Below are positions 25,803 through 39,202 of a DNA stretch of 64,000 nucleotides, one piece after another; within the stretch, counting starts at the first letter, position 1, and every line of letters begins with the position of its first letter. This DNA comes from Octopus sinensis (lineage: Eukaryota). The DNA lies in assembly GCF_006345805.1 (NCBI RefSeq), contig NC_043006.1:58404001-58468000 (forward strand), in the 5' to 3' direction. The notes beneath the pieces were generated by a model. The model saw only the letters and a list, made by a program, of their open reading frames with translations. It was not told the origin of the DNA and ran no database searches. The position numbers were made by a program, and so were the translations under genes.

Positions 25803-26400
25803 GCGCTGGCGTAGCTGTATGGTGAGAGGTTTGCTTCCCAACTACATAGTTCCGGGTTCAGTCCCACTGTGTAGCACTCTGAGCAACTGTCTTCTTCTAT
25901 AACCTCGGGCAGAGTAAAGCCTCGAGTGGATTTGGTAGATATAAACTGAAAGGCGGCGAGCTGGCAGAAACGTTAGCACGCCGGGCCAAATACTTCGTGG
26001 GATTTCGTCTGCCGTTATGTTCTGAGTTCAAATTCCGCCGAGGTCGACTTTGCTTTTCATCCTCTCGGGGTCGATAAATTAAGTACCAGTTACGCACTGG
26101 GGTCGATGTAATCGACTTTATCCGTTTGTCTGTCCTTGTTTGTCCCCTCTATGTTTAGCCCCTTGTGGGCAATAAAGAAATAATAAACCGAAAGAAGCTC
26201 GTCGCATATCTATCTATCTATGGGTGTCTGTCTTTGTGTTTGTCCCCCAGCTTGACAACCGTGTTGGTGTTTTTACACCCCCGTAACTTAACGACTCGGC
26301 AAAATGAACCGATAAACCAATTACCGGATTCGATTCATTCGACTAAAAATTATTCCAGGCGTTGCAGTCTAATCACTGAAACTGAAAATATAAGATATAG
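25803..26400 (+). mobile_element. SINE family D with a nested full SINE-A (~25952-26182)
   Basis: CORE-like GGTTCAGTCCCACTG...GAGCAACTGTCTTCT. TSD ATAAAC(T/C)GAAAG flanks the nested copy, and the D sequence resumes after it. Confidence 0.82.
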
Positions 26401-26574
26401 TTTAACACGAATGTCCTCATCCACACTTTTTTAAGAGGGTAAATATGATTCGAGGGAAATTTGGTTATTATTTCTAGTACCTTCTAGATGCTTCCCTGCT
26501 GGCTCGTTCTCGAAAGTAATCTGCTTTTGGTGCTGTTGCTGCTGATAATGATAATGATGTTGATAATAATAATG

Positions 26575-27085
26575 GTTACAAATTTTGGCCAAGGGCCAAC
26601 AGTGTTTGAGGAGAGGGGGAAGTTGATTACATCCACCCTAGTATTTGACTGGTACTTATTTTATCGTGGAGGCGCAATGGCCCAGTGGTTAGGGCAGCAG
26701 ACTCGCGGTCGGAGGATCGCGGTTTCGATTCCCAGACCGGGCGTTGTGTGTGTTTATTGAGCGAAAACACCTAAAGCTTCACGAGGCTCCGGCAGGGGGT
26801 GGTGGCGACCCCTGTTGTACTCTCTTTCGCCCCAACTTTCTCTCAATCTTTCTTCCTGCTTCTTGAGTAACGCTGCGATGAACTGGCGTCCCGTCCAGCT
26901 GGGGGGAACACATACGCCACAGAAACCGGGAAACCGGGCCTATGAGCCTGGCTAGGCTTGAAAAGGACGCATAAATAAATAAAAACTTATTTTATAGACC
27001 CCGAAAAGATGAAAGGCAAAGTCAACCTCGGCGGAATTTGAACTCAGAACGTAAAGACGGACAAAATGCCGCTAAGCATTTTGGT
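26575..27085 (-). mobile_element. SINE-A (minus) interrupted by a plus-strand SINE with family-B head and V-domain-like tail (26665-26984)
   Basis: 11-bp TSD ACTTATTTTAT at 26654-26664 and 26985-26995; CTGCGATGAACTGGCGTCCCGTCCAG at 26873-26898. Confidence 0.85.
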
Positions 27086-27189
27086 GTAGATAAATGTACG
27101 ATGCTATAGATAAAGAGAGGTAAAGCATCCTAGTCAGGAGGGATTAAACTACCAAAACAGACATAAATCCAAGCAACGAATGGGGGAGA

Positions 27190-28135
27190 CCGTTACAAAT
27201 ATTAGGTGCATTGGGGGCAGAGAATTCTCTGCGAAGAAATGAAAGAGAAGGTGAGACACGAATATGTCAGGAGAGCAAAAAAGGTGCTAAGCACAAAACT
27301 GAATAGAGGGAAAAGCATCTCTGCAGTAAACACATGGGCGGGCTCTCTAATGCGATATGCCGCTGCTTTCCTGAACTGGACTTTGGAAGAACTATGTGAT
27401 ATAAATTGTAAGAACAGAAAGATAATTTCTACGTTCAGGTTGTCACACCCCAGAGAGTCGATAGCTTACACCCACCACGGACGGATTTGGGGAGAGGACT
27501 GATATCAATAGAAGACTGCGTAGAGATGGGAAAATGCGATGTAGAAGAGTATGTGAGAAGCAACTTAGAGGGACTGATTTCAGCTGCCAGGGGAGAGGAG
27601 GAAAAGCCGTGGAGACAGTAACGGAATACAAGAAAACAGAGTCGAGAAAGAAATATCTGAGGAAAAGAACTATACGGTCAGCATCTCAGACAAATGCAGG
27701 ATGTTGCAGCAAAGGAGTTTTGAATATGGCTGAAGAATGGAGATCTTAAGAAAGAATCGGAAGGACGCATAATGACTGCTAAAAGACAGTCACTGGGAAC
27801 GAACATCATTAAGGCCAAAATAGACCAAGTGCAACGTGCAGAGTATGTAATGAGAAAGAAGAATCCGTTGTGCACATAAAAAGTTCCTGTGGTTCTTTGG
27901 CAAAGAAGGAATATAGACACAGTCACGACTGTGTGGCCAAAGCACTACACTAGGACATATTACGGTTAAGAGGGTTTGAGATAGGAAGAAAATGGGACGA
28001 CCTGTATAAGGTTTTATGCGATTTAAATGAATAGAGAGATCGCGAACTTCATGCAAGGCGACCGGGTATTATGGTTCTGGACAAGGGGAAAAAAAGTGTC
28101 CATCATCGTAGATGTTGCTACATCTGTGGACATGA
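27190..28135 (+). mobile_element. Degenerate R4/Dong-clade LINE fragment
   Basis: KVLSTKLNRGKSISAVNTWAGSLMRYAAAFLNWTLEEL (post-RT), plus decayed zinc-knuckle and RRPGIMV (RPD-type REL) pieces. Confidence 0.75.
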
Positions 28136-28225
28136 ATGTGTTAGTGATGCACAGGTTATGGTATGTGCAAAATTCAAGTAGTCTCTGGCTGTTGTCATTC
28201 ATGTTTCCAATACCAAAACACATAC
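28135..28225 (-). mobile_element. RTE endonuclease fragment
   Basis: GIGNMNDNSQRLLEFCTYHNLCITNTF. Confidence 0.7.
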
Positions 28226-28285
28226 ACATACATATATACATACATATATATACGATCGATTTGTTTCAGTTCCTGTCTACGAAGT

Positions 28286-28430
<145 letters not shown>

Positions 28431-29009
28431 TGGAATTTACAAAAGAAACGAACAAAAGTCGAAGATGGGTGTGTAAACAGCAAACAGGTTTATTAGTTTA
28501 ACGCTCCGGACTTAGAAAAATTTATATAGGGAGTACTACTGATTTTAAAATCAGATATAGGGGACACAAGAATTCATTTATTCACCCCTATATAAAAAAA
28601 ATTACAGACATTTTAGTATGTTGTGAGCATAAATATTTAGCGTCTTATAATTTTCTTAAACTTTAAAATATATTTTTTTAGAATATAAAAGCTTTTTGAA
28701 AATACGGTTCAATTAGATCATTAGATCCAATTAACACTTATGCACAAACCTGTAATCTTAATTTATTTTTTTATAGTAATCAGTACAGCGTGGAATGTTC
28801 CCATTGGCTATTATTTGCATGATTAACTAAAGTTAACCTTTCAATAAATTTCATTTCTTATTTAAACGTGGTAATCCTCTTGAAAATATCGCAGAACCTG
28901 ATATTATGCTGTCGCTTATTCATCGATACTCAAAAACTGAACTTTCACCAACTGAATACTCTCCATGTAGTGCCTTAATGCTTTTTGCTGGATTTTACCT
29001 CGAGAAAGG

Positions 29010-29077
29010 AACCCTGAGGAAGGAGGGTTGAATTTCGAATACTTCGTACAACCACTTTTCTGAAACGGCTGCAGGTT
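29010..29077 (+). ncRNA. Hammerhead motif with intact CUGAGGA core but a GCA triplet (probably decayed)
   Basis: AACC-CTGAGGA-AGGAGGGTTG...CAACCACTTTTCT-GAAAC-GGCT-GCA-GGTT; compare GAAAC-AGCT-GTA at 63778. Confidence 0.65.
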
Positions 29078-29158
29078 AGGAAAAACATTTTAATCGCCTC
29101 TTTCAATTTAGGTTTTTATTTTTCATGTTTATATTCGTATTTCATTGTTATATTTATA

Positions 29159-29724
29159 TTGGGTTGTCCGGAAAGTTCGTTCCGATTTTTAAAGGAAAGT
29201 AAAGGTCACTAAATACTTGTCATTACATTTTTAATGAACCAAATCTGAACCATTTCGTTGCACAATACGTCTCCATCTTTCCTTTACCTTGAAAATACCC
29301 TCTTCCCAGAATTGGAGTGGTTTCATGGCAAAGAATTCATCAAGATATCTTTTTACGTCATCCAAGGAATTGAAATTTTTACCATTAAAACTTTTCTGTA
29401 GAGACCTGAATAAGTGGAAATCCGAAGGAGCAATATCTGGGGAATAGGGAGGATGGGGGTAACACATCCCAGCCGAGCTGCAGCAATTTTTGTCTGGTTC
29501 CCAAAGCATCAAGTGCCAAAAATGAACTTTCTCATCTTTTATTTTAAAGGGTTACAGAATTAACACAGGTTATAGGAACATAAACCTTCTTCCACGAAAA
29601 GATAGCTTAAACTGTGCTTTAAATGGAGGTGTAGTCAAATCCTATTTTATGAACTCAAACATGTTCTAAAATAAGTCGAAAGATAAGCTACAATGAATCG
29701 GCACGAACTTTCCGGACAACCCAA
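29159..29724 (-). mobile_element. Internally deleted mariner element
   Basis: TIR TTGGGTTGTCCGGAAAGTTCGT at both ends; TA TSD 29157-29158 and 29725-29726; retains HPPYSPDIAPSDFHLFRSLQ... Confidence 0.93.
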
Positions 29725-29987
29725 TATTTCTATATTTTTATCATGAAACTCTTAACATAAATATGTGTATATTCGTATAGAATAATATCTCATGTGCTAC
29801 ATCTGAATTTTCTTGTCTGAATGTTTTAAGACAAATATCCGAAATGTTTATCGTGTACCACATTTTATTAATACTTAGCTCATATACGGAGACGAAATGT
29901 TGTACTATATACTGCAGGTTATCTCCATTAAAATTATTGTATTACATGGTCTTAAACTAATTTTGCCGGTAAATTTGAAACGTTTAT

Positions 29988-30155
29988 ATTACGTTCTGAG
30001 TTCAAATTCCGCCGAGGTCGACTTTGCCTTTCATCCTTTCGGGGTCGATAAATTAAGTACCAGTTACGCACTGGGGTCGATGTAATCGACTTAATCTGTT
30101 TGTCTGTCCTTGTTTGTCCCAGCTATATTTAGCCCCTTGTGGGCAGTAAAGAAAT
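29988..30155 (+). mobile_element. 5'-truncated SINE-A
   Basis: Family motifs. Confidence 0.85.
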
Positions 30156-30344
30156 ATATATTAATTTAGCATTAGAATTCTTCAAGCTGTATAAACATTG
30201 TTTGCATCATTCGAAAGAGAAATAAATTTTGCATAAGGTGTAAAAGATATAAATAATTTGTATGGTGTTAGTAACAAAATATTTTGTAAGAAATAGAACT
30301 TTTATCGTCGGCCTTAAATATATTTTCGCCAGTGTATATATCTC

Positions 30345-30528
30345 AGGTCATCCCATAAGTTCTGTCTGAATTTTGGATAAAGAATCCAAGTGATCAAATG
30401 TTATATTTAATTGAAAGTTAATCATCAATGTACTTTCCCTGATTATCTATGACTTACTTCCATCTATTTACAAGCTTTTTAATTCCATCAATGTAAAACT
30501 CTTTTGGTTTCAAAGCGAAGAACTCTGT
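30345..30528 (-). mobile_element. Mariner 3' end fragment (second copy at 58587-58850)
   Basis: TIR-like TCAGGTCATCCCATA(A/G)GTTCTGTC; minus strand [19 protein letters not shown]. Confidence 0.75.
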
Positions 30529-30529
30529 A

Positions 30530-30565
30530 TATACATATACACACATATACATAATATATATATAT

Positions 30566-30623
<58 letters not shown>

Positions 30624-30733
30624 CATATACAGATATTTATACATACATATACATATACATATATATGTATATGTATGTATAAATATATATGTATATGTAT
30701 GTGTATATATATGTATATGTGTGTATATGTATG

Positions 30734-30764
<31 letters not shown>

Positions 30765-30837
30765 GTATATGGTTATATATATATATATATATATATATGT
30801 TATGTATAATATATGTATATGTATGTATGTATATATG

Positions 30838-30875
<38 letters not shown>

Positions 30876-30900
30876 GTATGTATAAATATATATGTATGTG

Positions 30901-30958
<58 letters not shown>

Positions 30959-30982
30959 GTATATGTATATATATATATATAT
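30530..30982. repeat. Degenerate (TA)n/(TATG) array
   Basis: Direct reading. Confidence 0.97.
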
Positions 30983-31810
30983 ACTTTGATACTTTGATAG
31001 GTTTCGGCCATTATTGGCCCAGGCCATGTCTAACTTAATAGCACCACCTGGTGAAGTCTTTCAAGTCAGAATTTGGGCACTATGGCCCACTCAAGTAGAG
31101 AGTTATTGTTTACAGAGACATATCCGGGTGTAGGGGGTTTATCCGGGATTTCTTGAAGGAATCTGTCCAGAGACTTCTTGAACCTTATAGGGTCAGTTTC
31201 TGTTTTAATGTGTTTTGGTGTAATGTTAAAGAGAGCGGGGCCAATTGAGGTGAAATAATTGTGCCGTATTGTTGTTATGAGATGAGAGTGCGATTTTTGT
31301 TTTGGGCGGATGGCACGGGGCCCAAGCCTTGGATGTACCTTAAAGGTGATGCCAACATCATTTGGGCAATGCTGATGGAATATTTTCCACATCATGCAGA
31401 TGATGTAGCGCTCACGACGACGTTGGAGAGAATAAAGCTTTAGCTTTTCTAGTCGACCCCAATAGTCGAGGCCTGTCATGCCATCTATCTTTTTTGTGAT
31501 TGCCCTTTGAGGTGCTTCAACTTTTATGATACCTTTTATTGTGTGGGGAGACCACAGTGGACAACAGTATTCAAGGTGGGGTCGGGCAAAAGTGGAGAAG
31601 AGAAGGATAATGGTGTGAATATCTCTCGACTGGAAAGTTCTGAGAATCCAGGAACACATTCTGCGGGCCATGTCAACTTTGGTGTTTATATGAGTGGCCC
31701 AGCTTATGTTGTTGTCCACAATTACTCCCAAGTCTCTGATGTTGTTGGACGCCGCGAGAGTTTCACCTGAAGGAAGAGTATGGGAGTTTCAGGGCATCCT
31801 CTTTTCAATG
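30983..31810 (-). mobile_element. 5'-truncated CR1-group LINE (ORF2 C-terminus and 3' UTR)
   Basis: FARPHLEYCCPLWSP, YWGRLEKLKLYSLQRRRERY, FKKSLDRFLQEIPDKP; tail (ATCAAAGT)n. Confidence 0.88.
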
Positions 31811-31869
31811 GATGTATATATAATATATATATATGTATGTATATATATTATATTATATATATATATGGG

Positions 31870-34800
31870 TGTGTGTGATTGTGTATAGAAGAATATATTA
31901 ATAAAAGAATTCCAACCTTGTCTGATTTTCACGTTTTATTTACAATCTTATAATGATATATTATAAGATATTATTATAATTGAATAAAATAAAATGAAAT
32001 AGTAGAATGTTAAATATTCATTCTGATTGAACTAGTACTTTCATGCATTGAATTCTGCAATCTTCGGGTTCATGTAGTAGTGTTGACAGTCATGCTTCAC
32101 AATTTTTGACTGTAGCAAGATGATTGATTCTGTGCTATAAATACAGCTGGGTAGGCTCCAGTGCTAGGTTTTGCAAACTGTATTCTGACCAATCAGTGTG
32201 TAGTATCACTCAATTACTTAAGCTGATTGGTTGGTTGAGCTGATTGGTTTAGGCATCACGCTTTGTTGGACATGTCAAGAGTCCTGTATCTTGACCCTGG
32301 CCGAAGCAGCATTTTTGGGTTATTTTTAGAAATGTTGTAAATATCCTTTGTCAGAGATTTTTATATTTTTATTTCAATTGTCATCATCATCATTGTCAGC
32401 ACCTTAATTATTGTTGCTAGTGGTGATGGTGGTGGCAATAGAACTTTTAACCCTAAATAAGATAATTTCCTGCTATCTTCGTCTTGATCACCTTTAGTAT
32501 TGTTGTTGTTGTTAGTGGTCATGGTCGTAGCAGTGGAAGTAATACCTCTAAGTATTATTATTATTATTATTGCTTATTTAGCTTGGGTTCGAATTTATCA
32601 ATAAAATTCTTTTCTCTGATTTTCCTCTCGATTTCACTTGGGCTGTGTAATTTGTAGAATGGAAATATTATATATATTTTCCGACCACATGTTGCTAGGT
32701 GGTTACTCAAAGGTATCTGACGGACCTCTGGGTCTCTAATCTGTTGCCGGTGTACACGTGAGCGTTCTAATAGTGCGTTTCCCGTCTGACCTACATATAT
32801 TTCTTCACAATTTGGGCATTTGATGCAGTAAATTAAATTTCTGCTTTTGCAGTTCATATTCGCGTTTGTGAATATTTTCCCGGTTTTTGTGTTTATATAT
32901 TGACCGGTATGTATGAATTGGCATGTGCCACATCGGCTATCATTGCATTTAGATACCGTGAATGTTTGGTCTTTGTTGCTGAGGTCAAATTTTGCCTTTG
33001 TTAGTAATGTTTTCAAGTTTTTAGGCTGTCTTTTACTAAGCACCATAGCTCGATCCGTGATTATGTCTTTTAATTCATTACTTTGGGCAATGATTGGTAG
33101 GTTTGCTTTGGCAATGTTGAAGATATTCTGGTGACATGGGTTGTGTGTCACTATGAATGGTATGACTTGTTCTTGTTTTCCTCTTCCTTGGGTTGTCCTA
33201 AGTTGTTGTATAGGTATTTTTATAGCCCGCTGTATGCCATTTTCTATAAGTAGAGATGGGTATTTTTGTTTGAGCAAAAATTCTCTTAGTTCTATTAGGC
33301 GTTTGTTCCTGATATTTGCATCTTCTACAATAGTACAAATTCTTCTGGCTAGGCAGTATGGGATGTTACGTTTTGTATGTGGTGGATGGCACGACTTAAA
33401 TTTAGGTATTGATGTGTGTCTGTGTGTTTATAGTATATATCTGTGGTGATGGTGGTGTCTTTTTTAATTACCATTATATCCAGGAATGGTAATTTGGTAC
33501 TACTCATCTCCTTTGTAAATTGGAGAGATGGGTGTAGGTTGTTCAGGAGGATATTGAACTCTTCCAGAGTATTTAGAGATTCTGTCCAGATTATGAAACA
33601 GTCGTCTAGGTATCTCTTCCATGCCTTTTCAATATACTTTCTAAACCCAGTGCCATAGTTTACCTCCACCTCTTGGTAGAGTTGTTCTTCTAAGTATCCC
33701 ATTACAGAGTTGGCGTAAACGGGAGCAAACCTCGTTCCCATCGCCGTGCCTCTAATTTGGATGTAATTCTTTCCATTGAAGAAGAATGTGTTATTTTCTA
33801 GAATAAGCTTGACTGTGTCTAATATAAATGGCACTGTGAATCTGCTGGGAATCACTTCTCTATGTTTTTCTAACCAGTATTTAATCGCCTTTATTCCTAA
33901 ATCGTGTGGAATATTGGTGTAGAGGCTTACCACATCAAAACTTAGTAAAACTGAATTTGTTTCTGTTGTTTTGGGAAGATGGGACAGGAAGTCGATGTCA
34001 TCCCTGATGAAACTTGGTATGTAAGTACATAGTGGTTTCAAAACATGTCAATAAAATTGCTTAGACGGTGTGTAGGGCATGCTGGACCAGCTATAATAGG
34101 TCTAAGTTTTAGGTCTTTTGGATGTAATAATTTTATGTACTCCCTTTCTTGTTCTTTTACTGCCTGTTGAATGTTTTTGATTTGTGTATTTTTGGTAAGC
34201 CGTAGAAGTTGCTGGGTTTTGGTTCAAAATTGGTGATGTAGTCTTTTTCATTATCCGTAAGTGAGTTGTGGTGTGTTGAAATCAGGTTGTTGATCTTTTT
34301 CATGATGTGGTGGTCTATATTTGCGGGTATTTCACAATAGAAGGTTGTATCCTTCAGTTGGTCTTCAACCAAATCCTTATAGTATTCGGTATCCATAATA
34401 ACAATTGCACCACCTTTATCTGCTTGTTTAATTATTATTGTTTGATCGTTTTGTATACGTTTACATGCAGACATCTCTGATTGCTAATGTTTGGCCTAAC
34501 ATTGGTATTGCGTCTAAGGGGAAATTTAGACAGGATATCAATGTATTGGTCAAGGTAGTTATTTCTTCCTTTTGGTGGGGTGAAATTTGATTTATTCCTT
34601 ACTAGGGATTCATCAATCTCATTACTTTTGTTAGCGAAGAATTCTACAAGTCGTAATTTTCGACAGAATTTTTGGATATCCTCCTTTAATTCTTGTGGTT
34701 GGCTGTTGGTGTAGGTGTGAATTTCAGTCCTTTTGACAGAAGTTGGATTTCATCATTGTCAAAATCTCTTTTGATAAATTAATTATTTGGATCTATACGT

Positions 34801-35945
34801 TCAGTTGTTTGGGGTATGTTTCCTCTTGGATTTTTTCTTTCTCCGGTGTTTGTTGTCCTGACGTAAAAAATGGATTTTTTTCTGGTTATGATTTATATTC
34901 CTGTTGATGTTTGCTTGATGAATTTTGCGTTTTGGTTGTGGTACTTTACTTGGTTTCGTTATGTTTTCTGTCTTGTTTTTGGTATTATGTATGCTACTTT
35001 TCAATTTCTTGTTAGCATTGTTTTTAACCACCTGGAGAAAGATCTGGGTTTACTTCTAGATCTAGATCGGTTTTTTGTCCAGTTTCTTGTGGGTAATCTC
35101 TGTTGAGGTCTTGAAAATGATCTGTTATTTCTACTGCTAATGGTCTGTTCAAAACAATATCTATTTTGTTGTGCTTTTTGTTCCTGTTGTGTGCATTGGG
35201 GTGTTTGCATACAAAATGGGAAGAGTTCTTACCGTAGTTCGTCTTCGATTCGTGGTGAAACAGGTGTTCATGTTGCCACGTGTTCTGGTGTGTGTTGCGT
35301 TGGTGAGGTGTCCACTTTTAATGCTATTTCTCGGAGCTCTGTTGTCTTTACCGTAGTTTGTAGCATATTTGTCGAGAAATAATTGTTTCCGCTGCCAAAA
35401 CTTTCTTGATCTGCTTTCTTCTTTTGAGATATCTCTGATCCATAGTTCTCGCATTTTTTCTGCTATATTGCCGGTCGTTAGTTTGGATATTTCATCTCTG
35501 ATTTGATCATCGATAGCTTCGTATTTGGCTTTGTAGCGGGATTGTTTAGACAGGGTAATGGAGATGTCGGTCCTGAATTTTATCAAACTAAGGTCCCATC
35601 GAAGTTTAGTTTCTTCCTCTGGTTCTCCTGCAATTTCTTTAATTAGGTACTTCCGAGGAGTATGGGTGCCGCTAAAGATATCCATTTCGAATGTATTTCA
35701 GCATATTTTTCGCATTTATATGCCTTCCAGAAGTTTTGTTTTCTTATGTTAAGGAGTTTTTTCCATGTCTTCTGTATCTCTTCTCTTTTTCGGTGTGCCT
35801 CTTTTTCCAGATTTCTTTCGTTTATTTCTGACATCCAAGGAGGTTGTGGTAGGTTTTCTCTTGTAGATTTTATAATTGTTGGTATCATTTCAGCTAATTC
35901 TTAATTTCAGAGTTTATGTGTTCATTTCCAAGTTTTCCGTCTGTA
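31870..35945 (-). mobile_element. Penelope-like element 2, near full length, frameshifted, with 3' pLTR (~31870-32560)
   Basis: KQADKGG, FDVVSLYTNIP, GTAMGT, RYLDDCF, LPFLD, and NLIYCIKCPNCEEIYVGQTG (GIY-YIG); long N-terminal region 34800-35890; (TA)n at both ends. Confidence 0.95.
32028..32073 (-). ncRNA. Minimal hammerhead motif (U4>C) in the PLE2 pLTR
   Basis: Minus strand TGAAAC-CCGAAGA-T-TGCA-GAATTCAA-TGCA-T-GAAA-GTAC-TA-GTTCA; palindromic AGTACT, CUA triplet. Confidence 0.6.
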
Positions 35946-36002
35946 ATATATATATATGTTATATATATATAATATAGTATATATATATATATGTATATAA
36001 TA

Positions 36003-36054
<52 letters not shown>

Positions 36055-36083
36055 ATATATATATATATTATGTATATATATAT

Positions 36084-36160
<77 letters not shown>
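35945..36160. repeat. (TA)n microsatellite
   Basis: Direct reading. Confidence 0.97.
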
Positions 36161-36161
<1 letters not shown>

Positions 36162-39100
36162 AATCCTTAAATCCTTAAAAATGTTTTAGCCCGAAGGCCG
36201 CGGCCATGCTGGGGCACCACCGCTGAATGAGCTACACTAGTTTGTGATCCACCTCTGATACGTGGCACTTGATCACAAGGGAGTTCGATGCTGCTGCCCG
36301 CATCCGTGTCTCCTGTCGTGAGGTAGGTTCATCTGGGACTCCCAACAAGAAGAGATCCAGTTTAGTTTTAAAGAAACCCCATCCACACCATGTAAGTCTC
36401 TCAGGCATTTAGGGAGGATGTTAAAGAGCTGTGGTCCTCTGAAACCCAAGCTGTTGCAGTATCTGGACCTGTATTTTGATGGTGATGTTGGAATCCTTGG
36501 CACCACGCAGCGGCGCCCCGTTCTGCGGTTGGAGTAACTTTGAATGCCAAAGTTTGGGACAAGACCCTCCAGGATTTTCCAGATGTATATCACTGCATAT
36601 CTCTCCCGCCTCCGCTCCAGGGAGAAGAGGTTTAATACCTTCAGTCTTTCCCAGTAGCTGACATTTTGCATTGAGACGATTTTCTTTGTGTAGCTTCTCT
36701 GAGTTGCTTCGAGTTCTGCTGTTTGTTTTATATTGTGTGGTGACCAAAGTTGGGAGCAGTAGTCCAAGCGGCTGAGGACAAATGTTTTCCATAGGACCAT
36801 CAGTGTCTCCTTCTCTCTTGTTCTGAAAGTTCGGAGAATCCATCCAGCTAGCCGTCTGCATTTTATCACCAGATTAGCAATATGCATTTGGAAAATGCAT
36901 CATTGCTCATGTCAATGCCCAGGTCACGCACTGATTTTGACTCAGGGATTGCAATTCTTCCTGGGCCAGTGTATCCAGTCTTCACGTCATTTACCTTTGT
37001 GTGCCAATAGCGCAGGGCCTGGAACTTACCTGCATTAAACTGCATGTTGTTGTCCTCAGCCCACCTGTATATTGTGTCCAGCTCATGTTGCAGATGCGCA
37101 ATATTTTCAGGGTTTTGTATTGCGTGGGAGACTTTTTGTGTCATCTGCATAGCTAGCAAGGGTGGTCATCGTAGCAACTGAAGGCATGTCTGAAAGGGCC
37201 ACTATGAACATCAGTGGCCCCAAGACAGTGCCCTGTGGGACACCGCTTGTTATTTGCGTTTCCCTGGAGGTGGCTCCATTGCTCACAACTGCCTGTTTTC
37301 TGTCTTTTAGGAAGTTGTGCAGCCACTCTCCAAGTTTCCCGCCTATGCCGAGACCACGCAGTTTTTGACAGATCATACCATGGTCGACTTTATCAAAGGC
37401 TTTTGCAAAGTCAAGATATATTACATCCACATTTGAGCCATTTAGTAGCTGTTTCAACACCCAGTCATAGTGTTGCAGGAGCTGTGTTAGGCAGCCTCTA
37501 TCTGGTCGAAATCCATGCTGGGTGTCAGACAGTAAGTCATTTTCTTCTTCAAGGAACATGATTAGTTTTTACGGACTATTCGTTCCATGACTTTGCTGAT
37601 GTGTGAGGTCAGAGAGATAGGCCTATAATTTTTAGCATCTGCTCTGCTAGCTCCCTTATGGATAGGGCATATTACCCCCTCTTTCAGTTTGACTGGGAGC
37701 TTACCACTTGCAAGAAAGCTCTGAAAAAGAAGCTGTAGCGGTTTTGCAAGGGCTCGTTTGCACGATTTGAGAAGGATCGCTGGGAATCCATCAGGTCCAG
37801 CAGCTGAGTTTGTGTCAATCTCATCAATGGCTAGTGTGATATCATCTTCTTCGATGTTGATGTACTCAATTTTTGTCTCTTTGGCCGCAGGTAAAGTGGC
37901 AAAGAATTCTTCTGGGTTGTTTACTTGCCTGTGTCCTAGAGGTGTAGTGAACACACTTTGGAACTGTTCGTTCAGTATTTCACTTATCCTCGTGGGATTT
38001 CCTGTGAGAGAGCCATCTTTTTGGAAGAGAGGTCCTATTCTCTGGTGCACTGTGGCTGTCTCTTGGCAAACTTAAAGAAAGCTTTAGGGTTGATTTTATA
38101 TTTTCTATTCCCAAGCTTCTTTATCTGCTCTCTCCTTTTCATGGGACTGATGTAGACTTTTCTCAGTTTCCATTAGCATTCTTTCGAGCCGAGACTTCTC
38201 ACCACTTTTGGTGTGCTTGCTCAGGCGGTTTGCAATCCTTGTCCGTCGTCTCATAAGAATCCTCCTTTCTCTAGGGATCCTGTTTTTTGTCTTGTGTGTG
38301 CTGGCCCTGCACATTGGGACATATTTGTCACATATGGCTTGTATTATGGACATGAAGTGTGTTGTGTTTCATGTTTATGTCCGGTGTGGAGAGACATTCA
38401 GGCCAATCCTGTTTGAGGATCTCTTTCTCAATCGACTTCCAGTTGGCTTTATGAAAGTTTAAGTTGGAGAGATGGTAGGTGCTTCGTATAGGCTGTGTGT
38501 CTGCGGGGGCTTTTGTTCCATACATAGACAGCTCTATTATGTTGTGATCCGAGATCATTGTCGGCATCACATTAACATTATGGATAATATCCATATTGTT
38601 TGTGAAGCAGAGATCCAGTATATTATCTGCCCTTGTTGGTTGCAGAACTATTTGCTCCATGAAAGAGGTATTTGTGAGATGGAGCAGGGACTCCACCTGT
38701 GCCTGCTGATGGTGTGTCATCCCTGGGAGCATCTGCCCCCAGGCCATTCCACATTGGGGAGGTTAAAGTCACCCATGAAGAATACACTGTTGTGCTGTTC
38801 AAGGTTGGTGAGGACTTCTCCTATTTTTGTTAGGCAGTCTTCAAACATGCCTGAGTGTTTTGGGGCGTCTGGTGGGCGATATGTAGTGCATATGACGATA
38901 TTCAGTTGTCTTATGTGTACAATTTGAGTTTCATATACTGAGTTTGAATATGACAGCGGGACCTGGGGCGTGAGGTCATCTCGGATGTACATTGCAACTC
39001 CACCATGGCTCCTCCCTTTTCTATCTGTGCGTATGACTGCATATTGCGGCATGTGTATTTCTGCATCACCTATATCGGGTTCAAGATGCGTTTCTGTGAG

Positions 39101-39200
39101 TGCCATGCATAGCTTGATTGCATGTCACAAGGTCTCTCAGGAATGAAATTTTCTTTTTACAGTTTCCGCGCAGCAGCCCGCCTACATTCAGTAGAATATT
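36162..39200 (-). mobile_element. CR1-group LINE: ORF2 (APE endonuclease + RT) spanning its full length but frameshifted; no ORF1
   Basis: ALTETHL, GGVAMY, MGDFNLP, ILDLCFTN, SDHN (APE); YRPISLTS, QHGFR, YLDFAKAFDKVDH, GVPQGTVLGP, YADDTK (RT); SLERRRERY; tail (TTTAAGGA)n. Confidence 0.93.
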
Positions 39201-39202
39201 GT

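Noticed and set aside
26666-26745. tRNA-like sequence (also at 2870-2950, 21531-21605, 24970-25050, 52730-52809)
   Set aside because: These are SINE heads continuing into a shared body with TSDs; the acceptor stem does not close.
30637-31027. Long YI/CV/HT/MYVC ORFs in the track (also 5518-5783, 13842-14184, 21870-22271, 28027-28501, 39347-40738, 58840-59225, 62039-62307)
   Set aside because: They are translations of microsatellites.
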